Shown here: positions 13,448 through 27,069 of the stretch, in pieces
How the letters are laid out: every line of letters begins with the position of its first letter
Position numbering within the stretch: the first letter of the stretch is position 1
Source: Eledone cirrhosa
Lineage: Eukaryota
Direction of reading: 5' to 3'
Length of the DNA: 64,000 bases
Assembly (NCBI GenBank): GCA_964016885.1
Contig: OZ024751.1
Span: 15,562,001 to 15,626,000, forward strand
The notes under the pieces: model-generated
Database searches by the model: none
What the model was told of the DNA's origin: nothing
The model's input: the letters and a program-made list of their open reading frames with translations, nothing else
Position numbers and translations under genes: made by a program

Positions 13448-14644
13448 ATCGTTGACAAAGTTCGCTTCATATCTTACAACTAGAAATACATTTTTAGACT
13501 AAACGTGTCACTATATGGCCCTACAGCGCTTCTCCGGCACATTTAGACATTACATACATGCATACATGATGGCAACTTCCTCACGCTCGTGTATAGCCAT
13601 TGCTTGAAATTGTCAAACACGCTTCTGCATATGTATAACGCGGATATGACTTTTTAGGCCAGCAAGAGTCCTACATTCTCTGGCACATATTTTGCATACA
13701 TACATATATACATATGCGTCCACCCATATAACTCAAAGCTTACAGATCCCTATATAGTAACAGCCATATCTGTACACAAACACTACATATGCGGACATGC
13801 ATACATATCTATCTAGTTGATGTCTAAATTCCAATGAAAGAGTTTTGAAGAAAGAGTTTTGTTAGAAACTGATACTCTCTTTACTGGTAACAAATTTATA
13901 AACTAATGAAACCAGAAGAACACACACGCATACATACATACATACATACATACATACATACATACATACATACATACATACATACATACATGGTGGCTGC
14001 CAACTCGTTTTCGAGTACGGCCACTACTTTATATCCATGTAGGAGAACCCCTACCGATGCGCTGAACGAGTGTGACTTGTTAGTCCAGCCAGCCACTTGA
14101 AAACTCTGGTACAAACACTACACTTGTGACAATTATTGACACATAGTGCTGGGCCCATGGTACCATGTGACGACAAGTGCAGAGAGATCTCCAGATACAT
14201 ACATACATACATACATACATACATACAAACATACATACATACATACATACATACATACATACATACATACATACATACATACATACATACATACTAATTA
14301 CAAGTACAATCTCGACTAGTTAGAAAATTACAATCCATCTATGGAACAGTAAAGATATGTAAAACATTGCAAAGATTCTGCATCTAATAACTCCATGTAC
14401 ACATGTACAGATACAAAGCATATACTCATGCACACATATAACTCAAAACATACACCTCCACACATACAATAATATTCATACATGCACACACATGCATGCA
14501 TGCATGCAGACATGCATACATATCTACCTACTTGATGTTGTGTAAATTCTAATGAGAGAGTCTTGTGTCTATGTTAAAAACCGACTCTCTCTCTATTGGT
14601 AAAAATTTGTGAAATTATAAAATCAGAAGAACATACATACATAC

Positions 14645-14675
<31 letters not shown>

Positions 14676-15049
14676 CATACTTACATACATATATGATGGC
14701 TGTCACCTCGTTATCGAGTATGGCCATTGCACGATATACCATTATTAATAATTATCAATTAATTCTATCGTGCACTGCCTGTACGAGAAGATATGTTTTA
14801 AAGTGAGGAAAGACTGTGCACTGAGCCAATCCCACTCTCTGAGCGACAGTAGTTATAACCCGAAAAGAAGAAAAGATCAACATCATCGGTAACTACTGAG
14901 CCGCAGGTTTTATATCGGAGTTATCCCAGTTTCCTGAGTTGCCTTTTCTTAGAAGAATGCCCTGACAAAGGCTAGGAGTCCTTCACTCCCAGTGGATTAA
15001 CTACGCGATCGGGTGTCCAGCCCGGCTATTTCTATGTCTCCATACATAC

Positions 15050-15415
15050 ATGGTGGCTGCCAACTCGTTTTCGAGTACGGCCACTACCTTATATCCATGT
15101 AGGAGAACCCCTACCGATGCACTGAACAAGTGTGACTTTTTAGTCCAGCCAGCGACTTGAAAACTCTGGTACAAACACTACACTTGTGACAATTATTGAC
15201 ACATAGCGCTGGGCCCATGGTACCATGTGACGACAAGTGCAGAGAGATCTCCAGATATAAAGCAATGCCTGTGCCGTGAAGCTTTTATAGTGAGCAAAGG
15301 CACTGCACAAAGTCAGTCCCACTCTCTTAACCAAGATGATATTTACCAAAAAGAAGAACAAGTCAACATCATTGGATACCATCAGGGTTACAGGTGTTAT
15401 ATCAGAGTTTTCCTT
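15050..15415 (-). mobile_element. Young non-autonomous retroelement family F
   Basis: Near-identical copies at 13990-14196, 18173-18750, 26465-26990 (+) and 53257-53646. Common 3' end GCAGCCACCAT plus microsatellite; variable 5' truncation. Confidence 0.8.
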
Positions 15416-16119
15416 CATACATACATACATACATACATACATACATACATACATACATACATACATCATATATACATGACACAGTCATACATCATACAGA
15501 CATACATACTTAATCGACTTTCCCTTACCCCCAAAATTGCTGGCCTTGTGTCCCAAACTAGAAACCACCATCCAAACATGATTATATCATACCTTGTCTG
15601 CTTGTCACTAAGAATGTAAAACCGGATTAAATTCTTTTCATTTAGCCCTGGTAATAAGCCTTTGAAAAACCTTAAAAATTTGAATTTGAATCTGGATTAC
15701 TCTTCTCCCCCACTGGCTACATGTTAGAAAAAAAAAAATTAAAAATATATTTCCATGTATAATAAGTGAAACAATTAAACACTTTAAAAATATGTTTACG
15801 AATATTTCCCCGAGTTTCATTTGTTGGATAAATATTAACGCCAGGAGATGTTTTCTCCACCTTATTATCAAAAATAATTCATCTGAGTTATTTGTCTAAT
15901 AATTAATTCTCATTAACTTAATGGGTGTTATTCTAAAGTTATTTAATGTAACCCCACCAATGGCTATAGCTAGCGATATTGTAGTTATTATTATGGTTTA
16001 TTTTTTTTTGTAAATCTCACACTCATAGAATGTTAAACGATCTGGATATTTCAGTTATGGAGCAGTCAACAATAAATTGACAAAAGTTCCTCATTATATG
16101 TGTGTGTGTCCATATAAAC

Positions 16120-16171
<52 letters not shown>

Positions 16172-16479
16172 TAGTAATAATAATAAATTTGAAGACTAAA
16201 ATCCAAAGAGGGCTCGATAATGATAAATATATATCAAATATATAAGAACCGTAGAGCAAATATTTATTAAAATAACAGATTAAAGTTTAAGCAAAGAATC
16301 GCTGCTTTCACCCTTAACGGGATCTTCTGAAACTAACAAAGTCAATCTGTGAACGCAGAAGTGAATATTTCAAAAAACGTTGCAACCGGAGGAAGATAGG
16401 AAGACGATACTTTGGTTCGCGTGGAAACGTTCCCTGGCAAAGAACGGAAACTTTAATCTGTTATTTTAATAAATATATA

Positions 16480-16846
16480 TATATATGTAAAAGGTAAACA
16501 GAAATAACAACACAATCGGTACAGTATAAGGAAGGGATATATTAGGTTAACGCTTGAAATAGCAGGAAGAGGGCTTAATGTTTCGGACGCTAGTCCTTCA
16601 TCAGAAGAAAGAATGAGAAATAAGATAGATTGAGGAGACGGGCGGGTTGGAATTTGAAAAAATATCTTTAGATAAAAATAACAGGTCCATTCATGTTGAC
16701 ATGTCTTGCAAAACTGTTGATGCTGGCGTTTTGTGTATGATGTATTTTTTTTAGAAAAGTGGATGATGGAGCGCGTCTACCTGAAATGGAAAAAAACCCG
16801 TTTTGTAAAAAGAGCTATACATGTGTATGTGTGTATGTGTGTGTGT

Positions 16847-16893
<47 letters not shown>

Positions 16894-17340
16894 ATACGTC
16901 CGTACGAAGCTAAGAAGAAGTGTGTGTATATGTGAGTAAAAGGGTGTGTGTGTGTGCATGTAAGTACGAAGCTATGAGCAAAAGTACGTTAATATAAGGG
17001 TGTGTATGTGTGTATACAGAGCAGTGAAGGGAAAAGTGGAGTGAGCATATATAGTCGGCCTGTATTAGTTGTAAGAGAAGATGTTAATGATCCAGAGAAA
17101 GCGATAGGAATCTAGGGGTGTGATAATGGACAGGATATTAGAGAAATTGGGGAGGTGAGTTGAGTCCAAGAGGGAAATAGGACCCAAGGCGGTGAATCAA
17201 ACTTGTTCAGTCCTGGTATGCGAGGCCTTTGATCCATGATGTAAAACGTCACCCAGGAATGAAACATGTAGGGAAGAATGACCAAGAGAACAGAAATGAC
17301 GGGCGACAGGAGTATCCAAACCGAGTCGTATGTCCTTCAA
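16480..17340 (-). pseudogene. 5'-truncated PLE (Neptune-like): GIY-YIG C-terminus plus 3' UTR
   Basis: KDIRLGLDTPVARHFCSLGHSSLHV..., then after a frameshift LIHRLGSYFPLGLNS (E..I..L.T..P.GLN motif). Confidence 0.8.
16575..16607 (-). ncRNA. Minimal HHR in the PLE pLTR
   Basis: CTT-CTGATGA-A-GGAC-tagc-GTCC-GAAAC-ATTAAG. Confidence 0.75.
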
Positions 17341-17588
17341 AAAAAAAAAATATATACACACATATAATATATATGTGTCTGCATTTATATATATAAATAC
17401 AGACACACATGTATGTATATATATGTATATATATAGATACATATATGTTTATATATACACACATATAATATATGTGTGTGTGTGTCTGTATTTATATATA
17501 TAAAAACAGACACACACATACACATATATATTATATGTGTGTATATAAATACTTATATGTATACACACATACATTATATATATATATG

Positions 17589-17615
<27 letters not shown>

Positions 17616-17619
<4 letters not shown>

Positions 17620-18155
17620 TGTTATACTTTGGGAGGGTCATGTTGCCAATAAGAAACACACGCACCAGTTGCTTTCACTCCAATTTATTATAAATTAAAT
17701 TATAAATTTAAATTTTTTTATAAATTTCCGGTTGGTTGGTTGGTTCCACAACCGGACGGTTGTTCATATATTGTCAAAGTTCTTTCGTCACACATTCTGT
17801 GACCTCCTCAGTGACCGGGGATTCTTTTCTTTGTTTTCTGCCTCTCTTTTGTTCTGTCCTACGCCATCTTGTTTTTGTGTGTGTTGTGTGGTTAGTTTGC
17901 GCATGTATTACATCCGAGTGTCTGTGTGTGTTTTTATTTGTTTATTTATTTGTTTATTTACATGTTACTAGTTGGTAACCAACCAACCGGAAATTTATAA
18001 ATGTTTTTAAATTTATAATTTAATTTATAATAAATTGGAGTGAACGCAACTGGTGCATGTGTATCTTATGGGCAACATGACCCTCCCAAAGTATAACAAT
18101 ATCGGTTTCAACACACGTTTTCAGATAAAGAATCTTGCTAAACAAATTCAGAAAT
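17616..18155. mobile_element. HHR-bearing element with inverted arms (17616-17745 / 17977-18102)
   Basis: Direct reading of the inverted arms. Other copies at 23437-23757 and 33000-33360. Confidence 0.8.
17773..17815 (-). ncRNA. Minimal HHR; paralogues at ~23645-23687 and ~33179-33221
   Basis: GTCA-CTGAGGA-G-GTCACA-gaatg-TGTGAC-GAAAG-aa-CTT-TGAC. Confidence 0.75.
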
Positions 18156-18939
18156 GATATATATATATATATATGGTGGCTGCCAACTCGTTTTCAAGTA
18201 CGGCCACTACTTTATATCCATGTAGGAGAACCCCTACTAATGCGCTGAACAAGTGTGACTTTTTAGTCCAGCCAGCGACTTGAAAACTCTGGTACAAACA
18301 CTACACTTGTGACAATTATTGACACATAGTGCTGGGCCCATGGTACCATGTGATTACAAGTGCAGAGAGATCTCCAGATATAAAGCAATGCCTGTGTCGT
18401 GAAGCTTTTATAGTGAGCAAAGGCACTGCACAAAGCCAGTCCCACTCTCTTAACCAAGATGATATTTACCAAAAAGAAGAACAAGTCAACATCATTGGAT
18501 ACCATCAGGGTTGCAGGTGTTATATCAGAGTTTTCCTTCTCCTAGAATTCTGCCTTGACACAGGCTAAGGGGTCATCTCTCCCGGTGATTTTGGATGGCC
18601 ATTGACTCTTAAGAGCTCCTTTGCCCTTTGACAGGTTTTGTTTTTAGTCCTGCAGGATGTCCAAAGTCACCCTCCTCACCAAGAAACCTTGGTGGGGTTG
18701 CCAGTTTAGTCGCCAACGACCCGACCATGGGACAGGCTGTACTGGGATACATATATATATAAGGACACAAACCCTCCATCTCAATTCTACTTTTGAGAAG
18801 CATAAGAACTGTAAAACCGGTAAACGAATCAAAAAAATATTCTTAAAAAGACTCCAGTGGCATTTTCCATCTCTTTTCCTTATACTTTCTCTCGTGTAGG
18901 ACATCTCGTTTTTATTTCATTAAAAACACCCTCCATTTT

Positions 18940-18989
<50 letters not shown>

Positions 18990-18996
18990 CGGAAAA

Positions 18997-19992
18997 AAAA
19001 TGAAATTTCATTTCTCACTCTTAGTACGGGTGATACTTAAATGTAAGTACGTATACGTACATACATATATGTATACAGACGTACAGTAGTATGTATATAC
19101 ATACATACATGCACACATATATATATATGTACGTATGGGTTTACCGAACATTTATTATAATGCTCGGTTTGTTTTTAAACAAACAGCCCGAATTATTAGC
19201 CGTACAGTGTTCGGCAACCATCGCTTCCCTATTTGTTCAACATTGTACGGCTAATAATTCGGGCTGTTTGTTTACAAACAAACCGAGCATTATAATAAAT
19301 GTTCGGTAAACTCATACGTACATATATATATATGTGTGCATGTATGTATGTATATACATACTACTGTACGTCTGTATACATATATGTATGTACGTATACA
19401 TACTTACACACACACACACATATATATATATATGTAAGTATGTATGTATGTATACGTACATACATATATGTATACAGACGTACAGTAGTATGTATATATA
19501 TACATGCACACATATATATGCACGTATCGGTTTACCGAACATTTATTATAATGCTCGGTTTGTTTGTAAACAAACAAACAGCCCGAATCGGTAAACCGAT
19601 ACGTGCATATATATATGTGTGCATGTATGTATATATATACATACTACTGTACGTCTGTATACATATATGTATGTACGTATACATACATACTTACATTTAA
19701 GTAACTGCCGTACTAAGAGTGAGAAATGAAATTTCGTTTCCTTCTATTCCATTTATCGTTTTCGGTGCGCCAGGCCGACTAAACTCACTCGATATGCAAA
19801 TTAGGCTGCTCAGCCGTTAATATGCATAAGGAAAGTATATACTTTCAGTTCAACCATCTGTCATGAAGGTATACGATGCTGACGATAGCTAATAAGCTTG
19901 AAACTAGTACATCGTTCCTGTGTCAGTGTTGAACAAAAAGGTGACGTGGTTGCCTAAACACTGTACGGCGTAATTCGGGCTGTTTGTTAAAC
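18997..19992 (+). mobile_element. Retrozyme-like element with an inverted 5' segment and nested palindrome
   Basis: Outer inverted repeat 18997-19050 / 19690-19737; palindrome centred at ~19222; 19926-19990 is an inverted copy of 19177-19243. Confidence 0.7.
19873..19915 (+). ncRNA. Complete minimal type I HHR
   Basis: ACGATG-CTGACGA-T-AGCT-aata-AGCT-T-GAAAC-TA-GTA-CATCGT: 6-bp helix I, palindromic helix III ACTAGT, GUA site. Confidence 0.88.
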
Positions 19993-21300
19993 ACAGAAGG
20001 TAGTGTCACTCAATTTAAAATACATATTATTTTCATCATTTCGTCAGAGACCAAGAGAAAATAAAATAAATATGCGTAACGGTAAAATTACAAATTCAAA
20101 TTACCACATCAATATTAATATTATTAATAAAGATATAGAGAAACAGAGGGGGGAGGACAGATGGAAAGGTGGGGAGGAGGAAAGACGATAGAGAGAAAGA
20201 AATACAAATAAACACGTAGCCGGCAAATTTACGAGTTCAAACTATCACATCAAAATAGTAGTAGTAATAGAGATACAGATAGAAAGAAAAGAGGGGGGGG
20301 GGATAGAAATAGTGAAGGTAGAGAAAAGAAAGAAAGATGAAGAAAGAAACAGAGAACGAGGTAGAGAAAGGTGAAGAAGAAGAAAGGAAAAGAGAGAAAT
20401 AGAAGGAAGAAGACCGGGAGGGTATTACAACTAAAAATGCGCAAGCATGTTCATCAAATGAAAGAAAGAAGAGAAAAGACGTGCGAACGGATGAGTTATT
20501 GTTGATGAATATAGGCAGAAGGCGGAAGAGGAGCAGAAGGATGAATATACGTTAATGCAAGAATGAGTGTAAGTGAAAATAGAGATATAAGCATAGAAAC
20601 AAATAAATAAATAAATAAATAAATAAATAGATAAGTAAATAAATAAATAAAAAAACAAAAAAAAAACAAAACTAAAAAAGGTAAAAAAAAAGGTTAAAAT
20701 AATAAATAAATAAATAAATAAAAAAAGTAAATAAATAAATAGGTAGATGAGTTTACACATATTGTTATATAAAATGGTATAGTATTTGAAAAGTAGAGAT
20801 GAGAATAAATAAATAAATAAATGTGTTGAGACTAATAAGAATAATATTAATGTTATTAATGTTATTGTGAATAGTTATTGATGATTGTTAGATATGGGTA
20901 TATGATAAGTTGAAAATATGATAATATTGGATATATTTATGTGTGTATTGGATATTTTAATAAGTAAATTAACTAGTTTAAGATGTATTACATGATAATA
21001 TAAAACGATCGAGATGAAATAGGTTTAAGTAGAGAAATGCGAAGACAAATGGTGAAAGATAAAGGTGTATAAGATGAGAATGTAAATACAGTAGGTTCTG
21101 ATGTTGTTCTTTGGTAATTATAATGGTGACGATGCTGCTGATAATGTGATATCGAAGTAGATTCTAGTGGTATAAAAGGGATAAGGAATAGAAAAGCTTG
21201 AATTAAGAAGGTCTCAATTTCTCGAATTTCGTTGCTGGTTTGTGCCGACAAAAAAATAGTTCGTTCGTTCAAAAAATAGTTCAATAGTTCGTTTCTCTTG

Positions 21301-21405
21301 GTCTCTGACGAAATGATGAGGATAATATGTATTTTAAATTGAGTGACACTACCTTCTGTGTTTAGCAATTTTTAGACAACTCTATCATAGAAACAATTGT
21401 TAGAC
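21301..21405 (+). ncRNA. HHR with extended helix II
   Basis: GTCT-CTGACGA-A-ATGATGAG...CTCTATCAT-A-GAAAC-AATT-GTT-AGAC. 21293-21363 is inverted at 19989-20060. Confidence 0.75.
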
Positions 21406-21459
21406 TGTAAATAAATTTCCTTGTTGGTTCTGTCGATCATGTTATTCTTCAATTTTTCA

Positions 21460-21582
<123 letters not shown>

Positions 21583-21913
21583 GCATATATATATACATAT
21601 TATATATATATATATATAATGCATATATTTATATATATATATATATGTATATTATACTTATATTATACATATTATATATATACATATATTATACATATAT
21701 ATATATATACATATATTATATATATAAATATATTATACATATATTTATATATATAAATATTATATATATATATATATATGTAGATAAATCTACCAAGAGT
21801 TTACGGTAGTGTCCAATCCGTATGAAGAACTCAATGTATTCCGGATATCATGGAAAGAAGAGATGTAATGAAAAATCACTTTCGGTGAAAGATAAACGGT
21901 ATACAGAGTCAAG

Positions 21914-22432
<519 letters not shown>

Positions 22433-23779
22433 AACACATATTTTAATATAAAGCTTTGAGTCATCTTCAGTAAGAAGATGGAAAAAAACATACGCACAAT
22501 GGAAATTTACTGCATTTCTTTGAATTGTTTTAGCAGGTAAGACTTTTATCGTTTTGTCTGTTATTTTTAGCTTTCTACATTAACCTTCAGAATCTTCGGA
22601 ATCAGTCGACTGCAGCTTGTTCAATGATTTATATCTAAAGCGCACGTCAGTGAACTCAACTAGAATATATTTTGATGCCACTCTATGCCATACCATATAT
22701 ATAGCGTGCATGTAGGGCCCCTTAATTCCTTAGAAAGTCATAGGGGCGCCATATTGGCATACAGTGTTTCTAGGACTTTATTTTTTTAAACCTGTCTGAA
22801 CCCATCTTCTCCCCAAGTCTGAATACAGCCGATTTCTTCCATAGAAGGATAAAGAGTGAGAGAATGGAAGTGAGAAAGAGATATAGAAGAAGAATCGACC
22901 GTCAGTGAACTGAACTAGAATATATTTTGATGCCACTCTATGCCATACCATATATAGCATGCATGTAGGGCCCCTTAAATCCCGAGAGAGTTGTACGGGT
23001 GCCTTATTGAAATACAGTGTTTCTAGGATTAAAAAAACAAAAAACTTGTCCGAGTCCATCTACTCTCCAGGTCTAAATACAGACGATTTCTTCCAGAGAA
23101 GGATAAAGAGTGAGAAAGAGATAAAGAGGAAGAATTGGCCCCAGTACTTGACTGGTACTTTTCTTATCGACCTCGAATGGACGAAAGGCAAAGTTGACCT
23201 CGGTGGGATTTGAACCGACAAAGCAGTGAGTCGGAACAAATATCACGAATCATTCTATCTGACGTTCACACAATTCATAAAGTGATATATAAAGTGACAT
23301 AAACTTCTGGAATGGATTACAATATTCCGTGTTAAAGTTTACTAAATAAATAAATATTCGTACAAGTGTTAATTGAAATGTAATATTCGTATATGATATG
23401 AAATGACATGATATGTTTATATATATATATATATATCGTTTCTGAATTTGTTTAGCAAGATTCTTTATCTGAAAACGTGTGTTGAAACCGATATTGTTAT
23501 ACTTTGGGAGGGTCATGTTGCCAATAAGAAACACACGCACCAGTTGCTTTCACTTCAATTTATTATAATAAATTTATAAATTTAGGAATTTATAAATTTC
23601 CGGTTGGTTGGTTGGTCCCACAACCAGATGATTGTTTATATATTGTCAAAGTTCTTTCGTCACACATTCTGTGACCTCTTCAGTGACTGGGGATTCTTTT
23701 CTTTGTTTTGTGCCTCTCCTTTGTTCTGTCCTACGCCATCTTGTTTTTGTGTGTGTGAAAAAAAAAAAAAAAAAATATA

Positions 23780-23856
<77 letters not shown>

Positions 23857-23857
23857 T

Positions 23858-23921
<64 letters not shown>

Positions 23922-24087
23922 GGAGGTGAGTTTTATTGTAGTACAATAAAGCAATGCAGATATCGGATAAGAAGCACTCTACAGTTTGTAGGACTGGAGT
24001 ATACATAATATATAAGGACAAAAGATGGTTAAAAGAGTTCCATGGTTAAAAGAGTTCCATGGAACTCTTTTAACCGTCTTTTGTTCT

Positions 24088-24127
<40 letters not shown>

Positions 24128-24301
24128 CAAAGGAATTGTGGTAAGGAACCAGATGGACCATAACGCACCAGAGTACTCAATACTTAGGGTAGTAGAGTGG
24201 GAAATAGGAAAAAGTATGACCCCGACGGCAGAGCTCAAGCCGTCGGGGTCATACTTAGCCGTCGAAACGGCTTGAGCTCTGCCGTCGGGGTCATACTTTT
24301 T

Positions 24302-24404
<103 letters not shown>

Positions 24405-24606
24405 ACATATACTTTTGGATGGCCGTTGACTCTTATGAGTTCTTCCGCCCTTTGTCAGGTTTTGTTTTTTGTCCTGCAGGGTGTCCAAAATCACCCTCCT
24501 CACCAAGTAAACTTGGTGGTGGGGTTACCGGTTTAGTCGCCGAAGACCAGACCATGCGCCAGGTTGCACTGGGTTACATGTTACCAGTAGCCATCAAGAG
24601 TGACCC

Positions 24607-24746
<140 letters not shown>

Positions 24747-25176
24747 ATTATATATGTACCACGTACCTACTCAGTGCAAGTTTTTATGTAGAACATATTT
24801 ATGTACATCTATGCATGGTGTTCATCCACATATGTAATGTATCTACACCTACATTTACACGTTTCTCTATCCGCTAACATAACGGTGTAATAGCTCAGCG
24901 TTGCTTGGTTAATTAATCATATAAAAAAAATTGCTGTTGGTTAAGTTATCTATTGTGAATTACATACTTTAATACTAAATATCCTACGTATGATTGCCAC
25001 CAAAATTCCGAAACGCTCACCATTCTCTGCACATCTGCTCACTAGTGTGTGCTCTTAGCCAGCTTTAGAAACCCAGACTTATTTCATGTAGGGTATATTT
25101 TACACAGTGACCGTGTAAAATATGGGAGGCTTTTCCCTCACACCCTGTTAATGGTCTCATTATTGCTAATTATTTT

Positions 25177-26145
25177 AGGGCGGTGGATTGGCAGTATCGG
25201 TAGAGAGTCGGACGCCATTCTTTCCAGCATAGTTATGTCCCTTTGCGGTCTGAGTTCAAATCCCGCCGAGGTTAACTTTGCCTTTCATCCTTACGGGGTC
25301 GATAAAATAAAGTACCAGTAATGTACTGGGTAATTGCTGGCCTTGTGCCAAAAGTAGAAGCAATTATTGCTAATTATTTTATGGATTGGCAGAATCGGTA
25401 GAGCGTCGGACAAAATGCTTTGCAGCATAGAGTTACGGCCTTTTACGATCTGAGTTCAAATCCCGCCGAGATTAACTTTACCTTTCATCCTTATGGAGTC
25501 GATAAAATAAAATAAAATACCAGTCACGCACTGGGGTCGATTTATCGACTTTTCCCTCACCCCAAATTGATGGCCTTGTGCCTAAATAAGAAACTATTAT
25601 TGCTCATTATTTGGTGGATTGGCAGAATCGGTAGAGCGTCGGACAAAATGCTTTGCAGCATAGAGTTATGGCCTTTTACGATCTGAGTTCAAATCCTGCT
25701 GAGGTTAACTTTGCCTTTCATCCTTACGGGGTCGATAAAATAAAGTACCAGTAATGCACTGGGATAATTGCTGGCCTTGTGCCTAAAGTAGAAACAGTTA
25801 TTTGGTGGATTGGCAGAATGGGTAGAGTGTCTGACAAAATGCTTTGCAGTATTTAGTTATGACCCTTTATATTCTGAGTTCAAATCCCACCGTGGTTAGC
25901 TTTGCCTTTTATCCCTCCGGTGTCAAAATAATGTACCAGTAATCAACTGGGTCGATTTGGTTGACTTCGCCCTTCCTTTCAAATTGCTGGCTTTGTGCCA
26001 AATGTAGAAACAATTATTTGATGGTGGATTAGAAGTATCGGTAGAGCATCGGACAACATGGTTTGCATAGAGTTACCTTCCTTTACATTCTGAGTTCAAA
26101 TCCCACCAACGTTATCTTTGACTTTCATCCTTATGGGGTTGGTAT
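25177..26145 (+). mobile_element. Head-to-tail array of 5 family-A SINEs
   Basis: Repeated TGGATTGGCAG..GGTAGAG heads at ~25177, 25381, 25613, 25803 and 26022. Confidence 0.85.
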
Positions 26146-26239
26146 ATCTTCTCATACTGTTTATATTTTACATAACCTTAAATATCTAATTTCTCTTATC
26201 ACCCATTACTATTAATTCTCTCCTAGTATATATGAGTCC

Positions 26240-26430
26240 TGGGTTCAATCGGGGTTAACCACAATTAGTAAGGTACTCAATACATTAGTAGATTGTAAAC
26301 ATCATGTTTAATATAGAAATGGCGCCTAGAACTGTTTCATTCAAAAGAAATCCCCAGGAAAGTCCTGATGATTTCTTTTGAATGAAACAGTTCTAGTCCT
26401 GTAGAAGCCATTTCTATATTAAACTTGATT
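26240..26430. ncRNA. Fold-back element with HHR at 26362-26407 (+); paralogue at 58455-58640
   Basis: CTGATGA-TTTC-tttt-GAAT-GAAACAG-ttctagtc-CTGTA-GAAG, with an inverted arm immediately upstream. Confidence 0.7.
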
Positions 26431-26986
26431 CATATATGTATGTATGTATGTATATATATATATTCAACGACCAAGGTTTCTTGGTGAGGAGGGTGACTTT
26501 GGACATCCTGCAGGACTAAAAACAAAATCTGTCAAAGAGCAAAGGAGCTCTTAAGAGTCAATGGCCATCCAAAATCACCGGGAGAGATGACCCCTTAGCC
26601 TTTGTCAAGGCAGAATTCTAGGAGAAGGAAAACTCTGATATAACACCTGCAACCCTGATGGTATCCAATGATGTTGACTTGTTCTTCTTTTTGGTAAATA
26701 TCATCTTGGTTAAGAGAGTGGGACTGGCTTTGTGCAGTGCCTTTGCTCACTATAAAAGCTTCACGGCACAGGCATTGCTTTATATCTGGAGATCTCTCTG
26801 CACTTGTCGTCACATGGTACCATGGGCCCAGCACTATGTGTCAATAATTGTCACAAGTGTAGTGTTTGTACCAGAGTTTTCAAGTCGCTGGCTGGACTAA
26901 AAAGTCACACTCGTTCAGCGCATCGGTAGGGGTTCTCCTACATGGATATAAAGTAGTGGCCGTACTCGAAAACGAGTTGGCAGCCA

Positions 26987-27057
<71 letters not shown>

Positions 27058-27069
27058 TATATATATATA

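Noticed and set aside
15227-15619. Recurrent ORF 'TTSAERSPDIKQCLCREAF...' as a gene family
   Set aside because: Recurs only because repeat family F is multi-copy; no domain similarity recognised.
20988-21368. 126-aa ORF as a GIY-YIG C-terminus
   Set aside because: No diagnostic motif; it overlaps the antisense of a plus-strand HHR.
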